From assembly GCA_036339735.1 (NCBI GenBank), contig JAYZAL010000045.1, positions 1-43,040 of the forward strand: 43,040 bases of DNA, in the 5' to 3' direction. The notes under the pieces are model-generated. The model saw only the letters and a program-made list of their open reading frames with translations, was not told the origin of the DNA and made no database searches. The DNA is from Candidatus Poribacteria bacterium (GTDB lineage Bacteria; Poribacteria; WGA-4E; UBA9662). Position 1 is the first letter of the stretch, and each line of letters opens with the position of its first letter. The position numbers and the translations under genes are program-made. Shown here one piece after another: positions 27,301 to 35,566 of this stretch.

Positions 27301-30300
27301 TTCAAGATCAAAGCGTGGATTTAACTAATGTTGATTTACAAGCTAGTGATGTTCGCCTCCGTATCAGTAACAATGAGACCGAATCCGGTCAAGCTTTAGC
27401 CACAATAATTTTGCCTGACAATTTTGGAATTGGTGGAGGTCTGACCGTAGATAGGTTTGCCAAAGCTATGCTGATGTCCAAAGAGAACGATTCTAATTCT
27501 CAATTCACCTTGGCTGTTAGTAAAGCTGTCAATATTAATGGACAACTAACAACTGCTGAGACTAGTATCGACTTCCTTGATAACAATGAAGACGGTGTCC
27601 TGATTGGCCCATTGGGAGAATTAGCTGTAACTTCCAGCGCGACCATCAAATTACCAAGGGGTCAGTTAGATAACAGCGCTGGTGGAATCGTTGCTTTATC
27701 TGCTTCGTCTATTCTTGAAATCGCTCAAGATGCAGAGTTTAAAACTAATGACAACCATGTTATTTCCACAACGTTAGGTCAGGTTGTCGGGAATTATAAT
27801 CGCCAATTTACTGGTAGTGGTAGTGTCCAGCTTTTACAAGGATTAAAGGATAATTTTCCGACCATACCATTAGCGCCGATTTCTATCGTGTCTGGCGATA
27901 CCGTCGAAATGATTTTCGGTGAAGACAGTTTAGTTAGTACGGAGTATGCTAACGTTAACTTGAATGGCCAGGTAACCGTGGGTAAGAATACGGATATTGA
28001 ACTTTGGGCTGGTCGGCCAATTACTTTTGGTAGTTTATCGACAGAGGGTAATGGTGATGTTAATGTTCATGGCAAAGGTGATCCAGATGATGGCGGGTCA
28101 ATTCTGAAGATCAATGGTGATGTAGATTTCGGCACGGACATAAACGTTGGTAACGGTGAGGCAGTTAATGGTGGAAACATTCATCTACAATTCGCCAATG
28201 AATCCAGAATAATCAATAATGGAACCTTCAAGGTCGAAGGCTTTCCTGGAAGCAACGATGGTACCGATAGAAGTAATAGGTTGCTTATTTCTGCACAAAA
28301 CATTAATCAACAATTGACGATAGAGAACCATGGTAGGCTTGACTGGGAATGGGCTGCTGTTCGTGGCATGATCTATGATTCAGTTAGCACTGGAAGTGTT
28401 GAATTTGGTTTTAGCGATAGCGTCGTGAATGCGACCGGAAATGTAGGATGGCCTGATGAAAAATTTGCTACCCCTGTTGAGCAAGGATCTTCAGCTATTA
28501 CAGATTTTTCTACAAGGCCAATTTCGACGGATAACAAAAAAGATAGTCAGCTCTATAACTTTTACGCTACTAGTAAATCCGATCTGAATGAATCTACAGA
28601 TTTGTTTGAAAGTGGTAGTACGAAAGATGGCGTTTACGTATTTGCCCAAAACCTAGATGGAAACAGTTCTTTAGCTAAGTGGGACGAAACCGATCCACAA
28701 GCACTAAGCGAAGTAGCCATGGGCCGATATTACGTATATTTGGATCCTCTTGGCGCCGATTCAAGTACGTATATCATTGTTTCTGATCACACTGTGAACA
28801 TCAGTAAAATAGTTTTTCTGCCAGGTGGAAATGATCAACCAACATCAGGTAACGATGTTGCTTATACCTCCTTCAGAGTTGATTGGACGGACGATGGAAA
28901 TGCCAATGCTACAGTCGAGTTACGTTATGCCAATGGCTTGCCTAGCTTGCAAAACTTGTCAGCTGTAAACGATCAAACCACTCTAATCACAAAAGTCTCC
29001 TCGGCTAAGGATGGAACTGATGGATCGTATATTTGGGATACCTCCGGTTTAGCTACCGATGATGGCGCAATATATTACATTTACGGGATTTACTATGAAT
29101 CTTCTAAGGCATCCTACTCGGTTAGTAAGGGAGTAAAGCTAAAAAACGTCCATTTTAAGGACTTGCCGGCCGGTATAAAAACAGAAGTTGATACTGCGAG
29201 TAATACAGATGTCATTGACCATAAAAACTACTTAATCAACTGGTCAGATTGGAACGCTAGTGTTGGTACAATGGACGTTTATGTGTCGCAACAGTCCTTC
29301 AAAAGTGTAGCTGAGATTCGGGCTGCCTCGACAGCCGAATCTAGCACAAATGACCTGACACGTGCAGTGGTTATTGCATCTGATCTAGACCCCGCAGGCC
29401 CAGACCAGGTTAGTTGGAATCTGACTTCTGGGTTCGGTATTTCTAATTCTCTAGCTGTTCCTGAAGGTGATTACTATGTTTATGCTGTTGCGGAAGATAT
29501 AAACGACGATGCCAAATATAGCAAATTGGTGACAGCCGAAGGACAAATTAAGGTCAAGCATAATCCCTTCTTTTATCCCACAGAAGTTAAGGTAACGAGC
29601 AAAGTTAATTCTGGCCCAGCAGAAGGGCCAGAAGCAATTAGTGTTTCTTGGAAAGGTGGAGACTGGGATGACACCAAAACATCAAAAGTTGGTATTTTCT
29701 ATGCCTTAAAATCAGCAGTTGATGCATCCCCAACTGATTTCTCAGACGCAGAATTGCTCCGAGCTAATGCTACAGAGGCGGTAGCACTAGATCCTGATGG
29801 AGTTGCTGTTCCAACGAGTCAATTAACCGGATTAAATCTTGATCAGCAGTATGGGTTTAGGGAATGGGACTATTATGCACCTGAGGTCGTAGCTAGTTTA
29901 GCTGAAGGTGAATACGTTGTTTGGGTGGTTTTGGAAGATGCAGACGGCGACTCAGTTTCCAAACGAAGCGCAAATACGGTAACAATTTCTCACAAGAGCT
30001 CAATTAGGATTGATGACCCAATCCCAGTTTCAATTACGAGAACTCCAAATCCTTATTACACAATCATGTGGACTGATGTAGATAATGATCAATCAGCTTT
30101 GGTAGATCTATACTACAGTAATATTGATTTGAGAGATCAGAATGGTGTCGGAGGAGAGCTCTCATTGCAACAAAGTTTCGATGTCGCGACATCCTTCACC
30201 AAGATTAATAATAATCCACTTGCAGAAGATAAAGATGGTGATGGAGACCGTTATCTCTTTCATTTGGTAGGCCGTTCAGGTGCCCCAATTTATGATAGCC

Positions 30301-33300
30301 AAACTTATTACATCTATGCCTTGATTGATGCTGATGGTGATCAACAACCAGAAGCTGGATACCAGTCTGGTGGCCTGATTCCGGAAAGGCAGTCTTCCAT
30401 TCTTGTGACTCAACCTTCTGGAGTTGACGAAGCGTCTTCCCAATATATGGTTGAATGGATGGAATCTTGGACTGACCCCCTGATAGATGTAAATGTTGAT
30501 CTCTATTTTAGTCCCAAGAAAACACTTTCTCTAAGTGAACTAGAGCTTAGTCTTGAGAATGAGTCTGCAGCCACAGGGATTATTGCTCGAGATCTCCCGC
30601 TAAATCAAACTTCTGACGGCTTAATGGCTGGACAGAATAGTGCCATTTGGGATGATCTGGTGATTCAGATGGGGCGTCCCTCCGGTGAAGGGTCCTCGAC
30701 CAACCTAACTGATAGCAACTTGCCACCTAAGGAAAAAGGATATTACACTAATAGACGGCTCATTTTCACGTCTGGAACAATAACCTCAGCGCACAAGATT
30801 GTTGGCTATAATCCACAGACGAGTACACTGACGTTTAACCCTCCAGCTGCAGCTGAAGTTAAACCGGAAACGGTTACTGGATACAAAATAGTTATTCCGG
30901 ACGGTACTTACTATGTCTATGCTGTAATGGATTCAGCCGCTGGAAGTAACCTTGTTGATCGTTCGGAAGCAATCGATGAAAATGGTGTAGAAATTGACAC
31001 CCCTTACCATCCTGGCCGTGGTGTGAACAACATCTACAATAGTGGTATTAGCCGTCATGTAAACCCCATGTTAACGGGAACTGCAACCTTAGGTTCAAAA
31101 AATGGTAGTTTGACAGAAGGTACCCCAACCAAGATTGTTGATCCAGATTTGACGAATGAAGCTGATCTATATCTGGGAGCTAGGGTGATTATGACTGCAG
31201 GTGACTTTGCTGGTCAAAGTCGAACTATCTTAGGATATGATTCTGGTACTGGCACTTTGACCCTAGATCGTCCTTTCGATCCAGAAGGTGGTAGTTTGTA
31301 CTATCCTGTGGAAGATGTTGATGGAAATACTATTGCTAAGGCAGGAATAGATGGTCAATTCCGTATCGATTCCTTAGAAATTTTTGCACGCAGTGTAGGT
31401 GCAATTACAATCACTAATCATGAAGTCGACATCGAATTCCCCAAGGATCGTCGCGGCTTAGGGGATTACTTTGACGTTGGTGTCAAGCTTGATACTAATG
31501 GTCAACCAATCGCTGGTGTTGAAGTTTACCTTACCTATGATGCAACCACTTTAGAAATCGCCGATCCGACTGCACCATTTAATGTGCTTGTAAAGACTGG
31601 TTACACGACGAAAGATTCTCCTAGTTCTGGTGTACTTATTTCTAGTGATTTAGAAAACATTGATTATGATGGGTTTTCAGTGATCATAACCAGTGGAAAA
31701 GCTCGTGGTTCGCGCAGCATAATCAAAAACTTTGACAAAGCGGCTAAAGCATTGACTGTTGATCCACCATTTTTAAGCTCTGATGGCACACCAGCTAAGT
31801 TAGGGAAAGGCGTTTTCTTCCGCATCGACAGAGAAATTAAGACAGGTGTTGAAATAGGAGATTGGAGCCCAACAGTCAATGCCAATGATAGTATAGCTGC
31901 TGGCGAGCTGAGTTTTTCGGCTATTTCAACAGGTCAGGCAGCTGAAGCATTTTCTGCCAATCAGCCATTTTTATTTGCTACATTCAAGACAATTGCTGTT
32001 GGCAATGCTAATATCAATTTCTCTTTTGCCGAAGGAAGTCAAACAGTGGTAATAGATGCTGAAGGGGAAAAACACATTCCACACGGCCCATCCACTGTTT
32101 TGATTGAGACTGTCAAAAAGGAAACCACCAGCCTATCAGGTATAGTTCGCTTGCAAGGACGTAAAGCCGATCACAGTGATACTGTGACAATTGAGCTACG
32201 AAAGCCTGGTAGTATGGGACACTATCCAGGATATCCAGTACCTGATTCTCCAGCCGCTGGTATTGATACCGATCCTATTGCACCGGGAATTCAGTTGATA
32301 ACCAATGCTGATGGACAATTCACACTGACAGACCTGCCGAGTGGTAGATTCTTCTTGACTGCAAAAACCAGCCATCACTTAAGAGGGCAAAATGGACAAC
32401 CAGAAAAAATCGGTGGTCGAGATATTGTCGTTAGCAAACCGATTGAAATCCGCCCAGGACAGTTTATTTCAGGGGTTCGTATATATGGATTCCGAGATTT
32501 AAATGGTGATGCGAAATTCGATGGTGTCGGTGAATTCGATAGCGAACTTTACGCAGGTGAAGCTGGCAAAGAAGATAACAAAATTGATCTGAATGATGTA
32601 ATTGCTTTCGCTAAGTTCTACCGAACTGCTGATGCCACGGCTGACATTGACGGAAATGGTCAAGTTGATATTGACGATTTCAAATACATTGCTAAGAACT
32701 TTGGTTCTGTAACTATGGCTCCACTTGGCCCTGCCGGTGTGGCTTATGGTGATGATGGGGACTACCAAGCCGGAGAAGTGGCCGAGGTCCCAGCAGAAGG
32801 TGAAGAACCAGCAGAAGGTGAAGAACCAGCAGCTGCACCTTTAGTAGATTCAACCCCTGGTGTTCTGGAAGGTCTTGTTGGTTTTTCGTATTTACCATCT
32901 AGAATAGAATTCGGTCAGACAGTGAAAATTGCTGTTTCTATGGACGAAGACGTAATTGGATATGGGTTTGACTTGACATATAACTCTACACAACTATTGG
33001 TGGAGGTTGATGAAAATGACCAAGACGGATTCCTGATTAATAAGACTGGTACTAGTGGTGAAGAGTTAAAAAGGTTGATGATCGCTCAAGCGAGTTCGGA
33101 ACCAATGAAGCAGGGAGTGATTCTATCGTTGACCCCTCTAAAGGTTGGTGCATTTACGCTTAAGTGGACTAATGGCCAGTTAGTTAAAATCGATGATGAT
33201 CTAGGAAGTCATCGATCTAGTAGTAATTACCTCTTAGAAGTTACCAATCCTGAGTTGATTGTGGCATCAGCCTTGTTCCAGAATTATCCTAACCCATTCA

Positions 33301-33554
33301 ACCCTGAAACTTGGATTCCCTTCACATTGAAGGATTCCGCTGACGTAAAAATTCAGATTTTTGATTCACTTGGACAAATGGTAAGAATTTTAGATCTTGG
33401 TCTTCAAGAATCGGGAAGACACATTTCAGCTGATAAAGCCGCATACTGGGATGGCAAAAACGCCAAAGGTGAAGATGTAGCTAGTGGCGTCTACTTCTAT
33501 CGTATTGATGCCGGTAAATTCAGTGAAACTCGGAAAATGGTTATTCTAAAATAA
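24378..33554 (+). CDS. Giant (about 3058 aa) secreted surface protein: beta-helix-like N-terminal half, Ig-like repeats, cohesin(s), dockerin and FlgD/T9SS-like C-terminal domain
   Basis: ATG 24378 with SD AGAGGT gives the signal peptide MKSTDRWFAKFSLSLFLFTFCSQLLFA. It then has a WTG....W...NW...P...D.A.F cap, G/T/S/D-rich beta repeats, 5-6 W...[LI]YY...W...G.YY[IV]YA repeats, a cohesin near 31450-32095, a dockerin near 32556-32705 and NYPNPFNPETWIPF...RKMVILK. Confidence 0.9.
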   Translation: MKSTDRWFAKFSLSLFLFTFCSQLLFAEDLFWTGANNGEWNELTNWINADGVTGQEVPQAGDTATFDLPTAQSPTTVPEGVDIRISSKPDATEATIIELPESTINDLILEPGAQDVQLTFTGPVVVTGDLTVTGASSTITTIQLNDNPLECADGTIRLIIPDNAQNSIISFGGGSAATVKSGKLELITSADTSDSRVDVIGPSIEVTGNFDVNTDTGNATIEPQGLIVTGDLTISSIGDGLASLLMGANNLDVDGNLKITKTGGDLDAVEGWPQLSSSGQSNMAGNVELKKVRFDADKVTFDGTDNQSVDFNGADLVDETITVQNESGTVKLESDQSLRVKILKVYSNTTFSDITSLVVTETMQVIADNSKDVLLDAAGGSFTDVKLLEVKAGSGSGGATVSAIGPNISIEELRVTSEGTNTGTPTIDIGDNGMTVRNITLKDDGSESSTPTLKAGSGTIVVTGNIVVSGAADSPTVSFSPANDSEIPCEVILAGDTSQAISLDKGVNFQNVILNIQNISSDGAELKTSAIVRGLVISHDQPGNIRHPVETVSGKAFQFKITETSGSLSFVQPDGATSAFRQLAESESDAAISIVAGDDVGENAVLQLNNNDLLGNSDDTSLSADLVMSVKTGASGGNAQIIQGNGIMQFRDVSLTGVGTGEVVLAPGGGLTARSVQLTSTGDEDVLLTAGGNIATETLILEGTSGAGVPKVDIDNYSLQVSTVQDLGLLEFRHTGGGSPLIETKDDSVGVISVDRFVLKQADLTMPSFTVKNLSITDTGTDGGSRKLTMLGSLSVTGNANINSVSNPAELNLNGNSLTGGGSISITSGSHPSKVLAVGSIVIGNLTIDSAAGQLATLTQTAGDKFEAGTVNIITRSSGSAELETSSTLVEGELSVSMKLSALELRSIAGSGSPKLNTNNVSVEIDGDLRLIKEGGNPLLTVGSGNIDVAGHLELTGSGTSLQLQSGSELVLDGIQDQSVDLTNVDLQASDVRLRISNNETESGQALATIILPDNFGIGGGLTVDRFAKAMLMSKENDSNSQFTLAVSKAVNINGQLTTAETSIDFLDNNEDGVLIGPLGELAVTSSATIKLPRGQLDNSAGGIVALSASSILEIAQDAEFKTNDNHVISTTLGQVVGNYNRQFTGSGSVQLLQGLKDNFPTIPLAPISIVSGDTVEMIFGEDSLVSTEYANVNLNGQVTVGKNTDIELWAGRPITFGSLSTEGNGDVNVHGKGDPDDGGSILKINGDVDFGTDINVGNGEAVNGGNIHLQFANESRIINNGTFKVEGFPGSNDGTDRSNRLLISAQNINQQLTIENHGRLDWEWAAVRGMIYDSVSTGSVEFGFSDSVVNATGNVGWPDEKFATPVEQGSSAITDFSTRPISTDNKKDSQLYNFYATSKSDLNESTDLFESGSTKDGVYVFAQNLDGNSSLAKWDETDPQALSEVAMGRYYVYLDPLGADSSTYIIVSDHTVNISKIVFLPGGNDQPTSGNDVAYTSFRVDWTDDGNANATVELRYANGLPSLQNLSAVNDQTTLITKVSSAKDGTDGSYIWDTSGLATDDGAIYYIYGIYYESSKASYSVSKGVKLKNVHFKDLPAGIKTEVDTASNTDVIDHKNYLINWSDWNASVGTMDVYVSQQSFKSVAEIRAASTAESSTNDLTRAVVIASDLDPAGPDQVSWNLTSGFGISNSLAVPEGDYYVYAVAEDINDDAKYSKLVTAEGQIKVKHNPFFYPTEVKVTSKVNSGPAEGPEAISVSWKGGDWDDTKTSKVGIFYALKSAVDASPTDFSDAELLRANATEAVALDPDGVAVPTSQLTGLNLDQQYGFREWDYYAPEVVASLAEGEYVVWVVLEDADGDSVSKRSANTVTISHKSSIRIDDPIPVSITRTPNPYYTIMWTDVDNDQSALVDLYYSNIDLRDQNGVGGELSLQQSFDVATSFTKINNNPLAEDKDGDGDRYLFHLVGRSGAPIYDSQTYYIYALIDADGDQQPEAGYQSGGLIPERQSSILVTQPSGVDEASSQYMVEWMESWTDPLIDVNVDLYFSPKKTLSLSELELSLENESAATGIIARDLPLNQTSDGLMAGQNSAIWDDLVIQMGRPSGEGSSTNLTDSNLPPKEKGYYTNRRLIFTSGTITSAHKIVGYNPQTSTLTFNPPAAAEVKPETVTGYKIVIPDGTYYVYAVMDSAAGSNLVDRSEAIDENGVEIDTPYHPGRGVNNIYNSGISRHVNPMLTGTATLGSKNGSLTEGTPTKIVDPDLTNEADLYLGARVIMTAGDFAGQSRTILGYDSGTGTLTLDRPFDPEGGSLYYPVEDVDGNTIAKAGIDGQFRIDSLEIFARSVGAITITNHEVDIEFPKDRRGLGDYFDVGVKLDTNGQPIAGVEVYLTYDATTLEIADPTAPFNVLVKTGYTTKDSPSSGVLISSDLENIDYDGFSVIITSGKARGSRSIIKNFDKAAKALTVDPPFLSSDGTPAKLGKGVFFRIDREIKTGVEIGDWSPTVNANDSIAAGELSFSAISTGQAAEAFSANQPFLFATFKTIAVGNANINFSFAEGSQTVVIDAEGEKHIPHGPSTVLIETVKKETTSLSGIVRLQGRKADHSDTVTIELRKPGSMGHYPGYPVPDSPAAGIDTDPIAPGIQLITNADGQFTLTDLPSGRFFLTAKTSHHLRGQNGQPEKIGGRDIVVSKPIEIRPGQFISGVRIYGFRDLNGDAKFDGVGEFDSELYAGEAGKEDNKIDLNDVIAFAKFYRTADATADIDGNGQVDIDDFKYIAKNFGSVTMAPLGPAGVAYGDDGDYQAGEVAEVPAEGEEPAEGEEPAAAPLVDSTPGVLEGLVGFSYLPSRIEFGQTVKIAVSMDEDVIGYGFDLTYNSTQLLVEVDENDQDGFLINKTGTSGEELKRLMIAQASSEPMKQGVILSLTPLKVGAFTLKWTNGQLVKIDDDLGSHRSSSNYLLEVTNPELIVASALFQNYPNPFNPETWIPFTLKDSADVKIQIFDSLGQMVRILDLGLQESGRHISADKAAYWDGKNAKGEDVASGVYFYRIDAGKFSETRKMVILK
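32790..32832 (+). repeat. In-frame 18-bp tandem repeat (PAEGEE linker)
   Basis: CCAGCAGAAGGTGAAGAA twice plus CCAGCAG, directly after the dockerin. Confidence 0.9.
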
Positions 33555-33581
33555 ATTACCTCAACACTCCTAACGGTACAA

Positions 33582-33630
33582 CGAAGTAAAGGGAGAAAGG
33601 CTTTGGCCTTTCTCCCTTTACTTCGACTTT
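33582..33630 (+). terminator. Long perfect hairpin / terminator after the giant gene
   Basis: CGAAGTAAAGGGAGAAAGGC-TTTG-GCCTTTCTCCCTTTACTTCG (20-bp stem) followed by ACTTTT. Confidence 0.8.
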
Positions 33631-33637
33631 ATCACAA

Positions 33638-34207
33638 GTGATCTTACCTTTTTTCCTGAAAAATAAGAATAGCCGCTGGCAAGAGAGTTGGGTTGAAATT
33701 TATTGTACAGACGATAACTGGAAGCTGGAATTAATTAAAACTCTTTTGTCGAGAAACGAAATCGTTTGTCGGCCAGATCATGGCTCACAGATTAGGATTT
33801 ATGTTGAGCCTAGTGATGAGGAATTAGCCAGAGAAATTATCAGCCAAGTTGATGTAGCTTTTGCGGAACACCAATTATTAGAAAAATCTACTCATTTCCA
33901 AGAAAAAAACGATTCTATTCCAGAAAACTTTTCAGTTGATATTGGTTATATAAACTTAGCTGAAAGTCATGGAATTGGGAAAATACTTCAGTATCCCGAC
34001 CAAAGGATTGAATTGCAAGTTGGTCCTGAACCTTATCATGTTTTTAGTGAAGAGACATGGGAGGAATTTACGGACTTTAGTGCCCAAAGACAGGAGTTTT
34101 TGATTTTGCTTCGTCATGAGTATCCTGATCTGTTAAAGTGGCTTAAATCTCAGAAACTTCTTGCGCAATTCATACGACTAGTTCAGAGCTCTTATCAGAA
34201 CTTATAG
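33638..34207 (+). CDS. Hypothetical protein with DUF2007/PII-like N-terminal domain
   Basis: WVEIY.T...W..ELIKTLL...I.C...IRIYV...D.E.AREII pattern. Confidence 0.6.
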   Translation: MILPFFLKNKNSRWQESWVEIYCTDDNWKLELIKTLLSRNEIVCRPDHGSQIRIYVEPSDEELAREIISQVDVAFAEHQLLEKSTHFQEKNDSIPENFSVDIGYINLAESHGIGKILQYPDQRIELQVGPEPYHVFSEETWEEFTDFSAQRQEFLILLRHEYPDLLKWLKSQKLLAQFIRLVQSSYQNL

Positions 34208-34223
34208 CTTTATCTAAAACGGC

Positions 34224-34253
34224 TTGACATGCTTGCAAACGCGTAAGTATAAT
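34224..34253 (+). promoter_or_regulatory. Consensus sigma70 promoter upstream of the TPR-mutS2-dnaG-rpoD cluster
   Basis: Exact TTGACA-N18-TATAAT. Confidence 0.85.
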
Positions 34254-34254
34254 T

Positions 34255-34376
34255 GGCGGCAATATTCGGATGCATCCCCATTGAAGGATACTGGCTCCCC
34301 AAGCCAAGAGACACCTTTTGTGTTTAACCGTCCGTTTGTCAGTTAGAACCTCAGCCTGCCTGATGGTTTTTATTTT
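34255..34376 (+). ncRNA. Candidate structured leader RNA / sRNA (four-way junction plus terminator-like hairpin), family not recognised
   Basis: P1 CGGATG/CGTCCG encloses hairpins ATCC/GGAT, TGGCT/AGCCA and AGACAC/GTGTTT. AACCTCAG/CTGATGGTT and a T-rich tail follow. It starts just after a consensus promoter. Confidence 0.45.
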
Positions 34377-34395
34377 ATAAGGCTCCTACCATCTT

Positions 34396-35532
34396 ATGTC
34401 AGAACAAGACCCGATTTTAGATCAGGAAGTTGTTCAGGACCAATTCACAACGACTGTCCTACAAGCTTTTGGATTTATCCGCAAGCATTCAAGAACCTTA
34501 ACTATCCTAGTTTTTTGTGTAGTAGTGGGTAGTGCGCTTTTCGTCGGTTGGAAGCAAAATCAGGACCAAAAGTATGCTAAAGCTGCTGCTCGTTATCGTG
34601 AATTGGTAGAACAATATAATTTAGCTGAAACAGAATGGTTATCCGCGGAAAACCCCGAAGATGCGGAAGAATCTTCACAACCGTTTGATCAGGTAGCTGA
34701 TGACCTGAAGGCTTTCTTTGAAAACGTAAATTTTGCACAGACACCGTTCGTTGATAGAGCTAAATATAATTTCGCCAAAATTCAATTTTATCAAGGTGAG
34801 TTAGATGATGCATTGAGCATTTATCGTGAGCTCACTCAAAATGTTCAATCTAATAATTTCCTGATTTCTGCCTATTCGCATCAAGCTATTGGTAATTGTT
34901 ACGAGCAGAAGGGAGATTACGTGCAGGCCATTAAGGCTTACGAAAAGTTGAGAGCATTAAATTCGGATGGGGTGGATTCATTGTGGGTGGCACATCTCAA
35001 CCAGACTGCGCTTTTAAGAATAGCCTGGTGTTATGAGCAACAGGAAAAGCCACAAGATGCTAACAAAGTTTACACAGAAATACTGGATGGTGTAGATCTA
35101 AATATTCGTCAAGCTGTTGATGAAAAGAGCCGTGAATTGATTAAAAAGTCAACTGATATTTTGGCTGAATTACCTGAGGCTTCTCAAGTTGTTTCCTCTG
35201 TTAGTGATCCCTACAAATCATTTGAATTCCACCGATCCAAGATTCATGAATACAAAATCCGGAAAGATATTGAAGGTGGACTAGATAAAGAAATCCGGCT
35301 AAAAATTAAAAAGTTTGAGGCTGATGCTACCGATTTTGTTGATAATCTTGAAAAAGCTCGTGATTATCAGCAAAAAAATAGGTTGACCAATGCTTGGCGA
35401 TACTATCGAATGGCTCTTGGGATTGACGGGTATGATCCGGAATATGGTCGCCAGTCGGTGTTTGATTTTGCACCTAATAGAAAAGTTTATGAAACAGCTC
35501 TTTTTCATCAGCGAAGAACTACTACCGAATAG
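34396..35532 (+). CDS. Membrane-anchored TPR protein (YfgM-like N-terminus)
   Basis: Single N-terminal TM, then TPR units (AKYNFAKIQFYQG, IGNCYEQKGDYVQAIKAY, ALLRIAWCYEQ). Confidence 0.8.
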   Translation: MSEQDPILDQEVVQDQFTTTVLQAFGFIRKHSRTLTILVFCVVVGSALFVGWKQNQDQKYAKAAARYRELVEQYNLAETEWLSAENPEDAEESSQPFDQVADDLKAFFENVNFAQTPFVDRAKYNFAKIQFYQGELDDALSIYRELTQNVQSNNFLISAYSHQAIGNCYEQKGDYVQAIKAYEKLRALNSDGVDSLWVAHLNQTALLRIAWCYEQQEKPQDANKVYTEILDGVDLNIRQAVDEKSRELIKKSTDILAELPEASQVVSSVSDPYKSFEFHRSKIHEYKIRKDIEGGLDKEIRLKIKKFEADATDFVDNLEKARDYQQKNRLTNAWRYYRMALGIDGYDPEYGRQSVFDFAPNRKVYETALFHQRRTTTE

Positions 35533-35566
35533 TTACTTTGGATTCTAAAATCCTTAACTGAATTTG

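Noticed and set aside
32790-32832. 18-bp direct repeat as CRISPR or phase-variation site
   Set aside because: Only 2.4 adjacent copies, no spacers, in-frame and encoding a Pro/Glu linker.
25412-32898. Several minus-strand ORFs inside the giant gene
   Set aside because: Expected antisense open frames from codon bias, with no RBS or recognisable motifs.
16374-33554. Large-protein block as prophage or mobile genomic island
   Set aside because: No integrase, transposase, terminase, capsid or flanking direct repeats were seen, and the domain content looks lineage-native.
33582-33625. 20-bp perfect palindrome as REP/MITE
   Set aside because: Single copy seen in the window, directly after a stop codon; a terminator is the simplest explanation.
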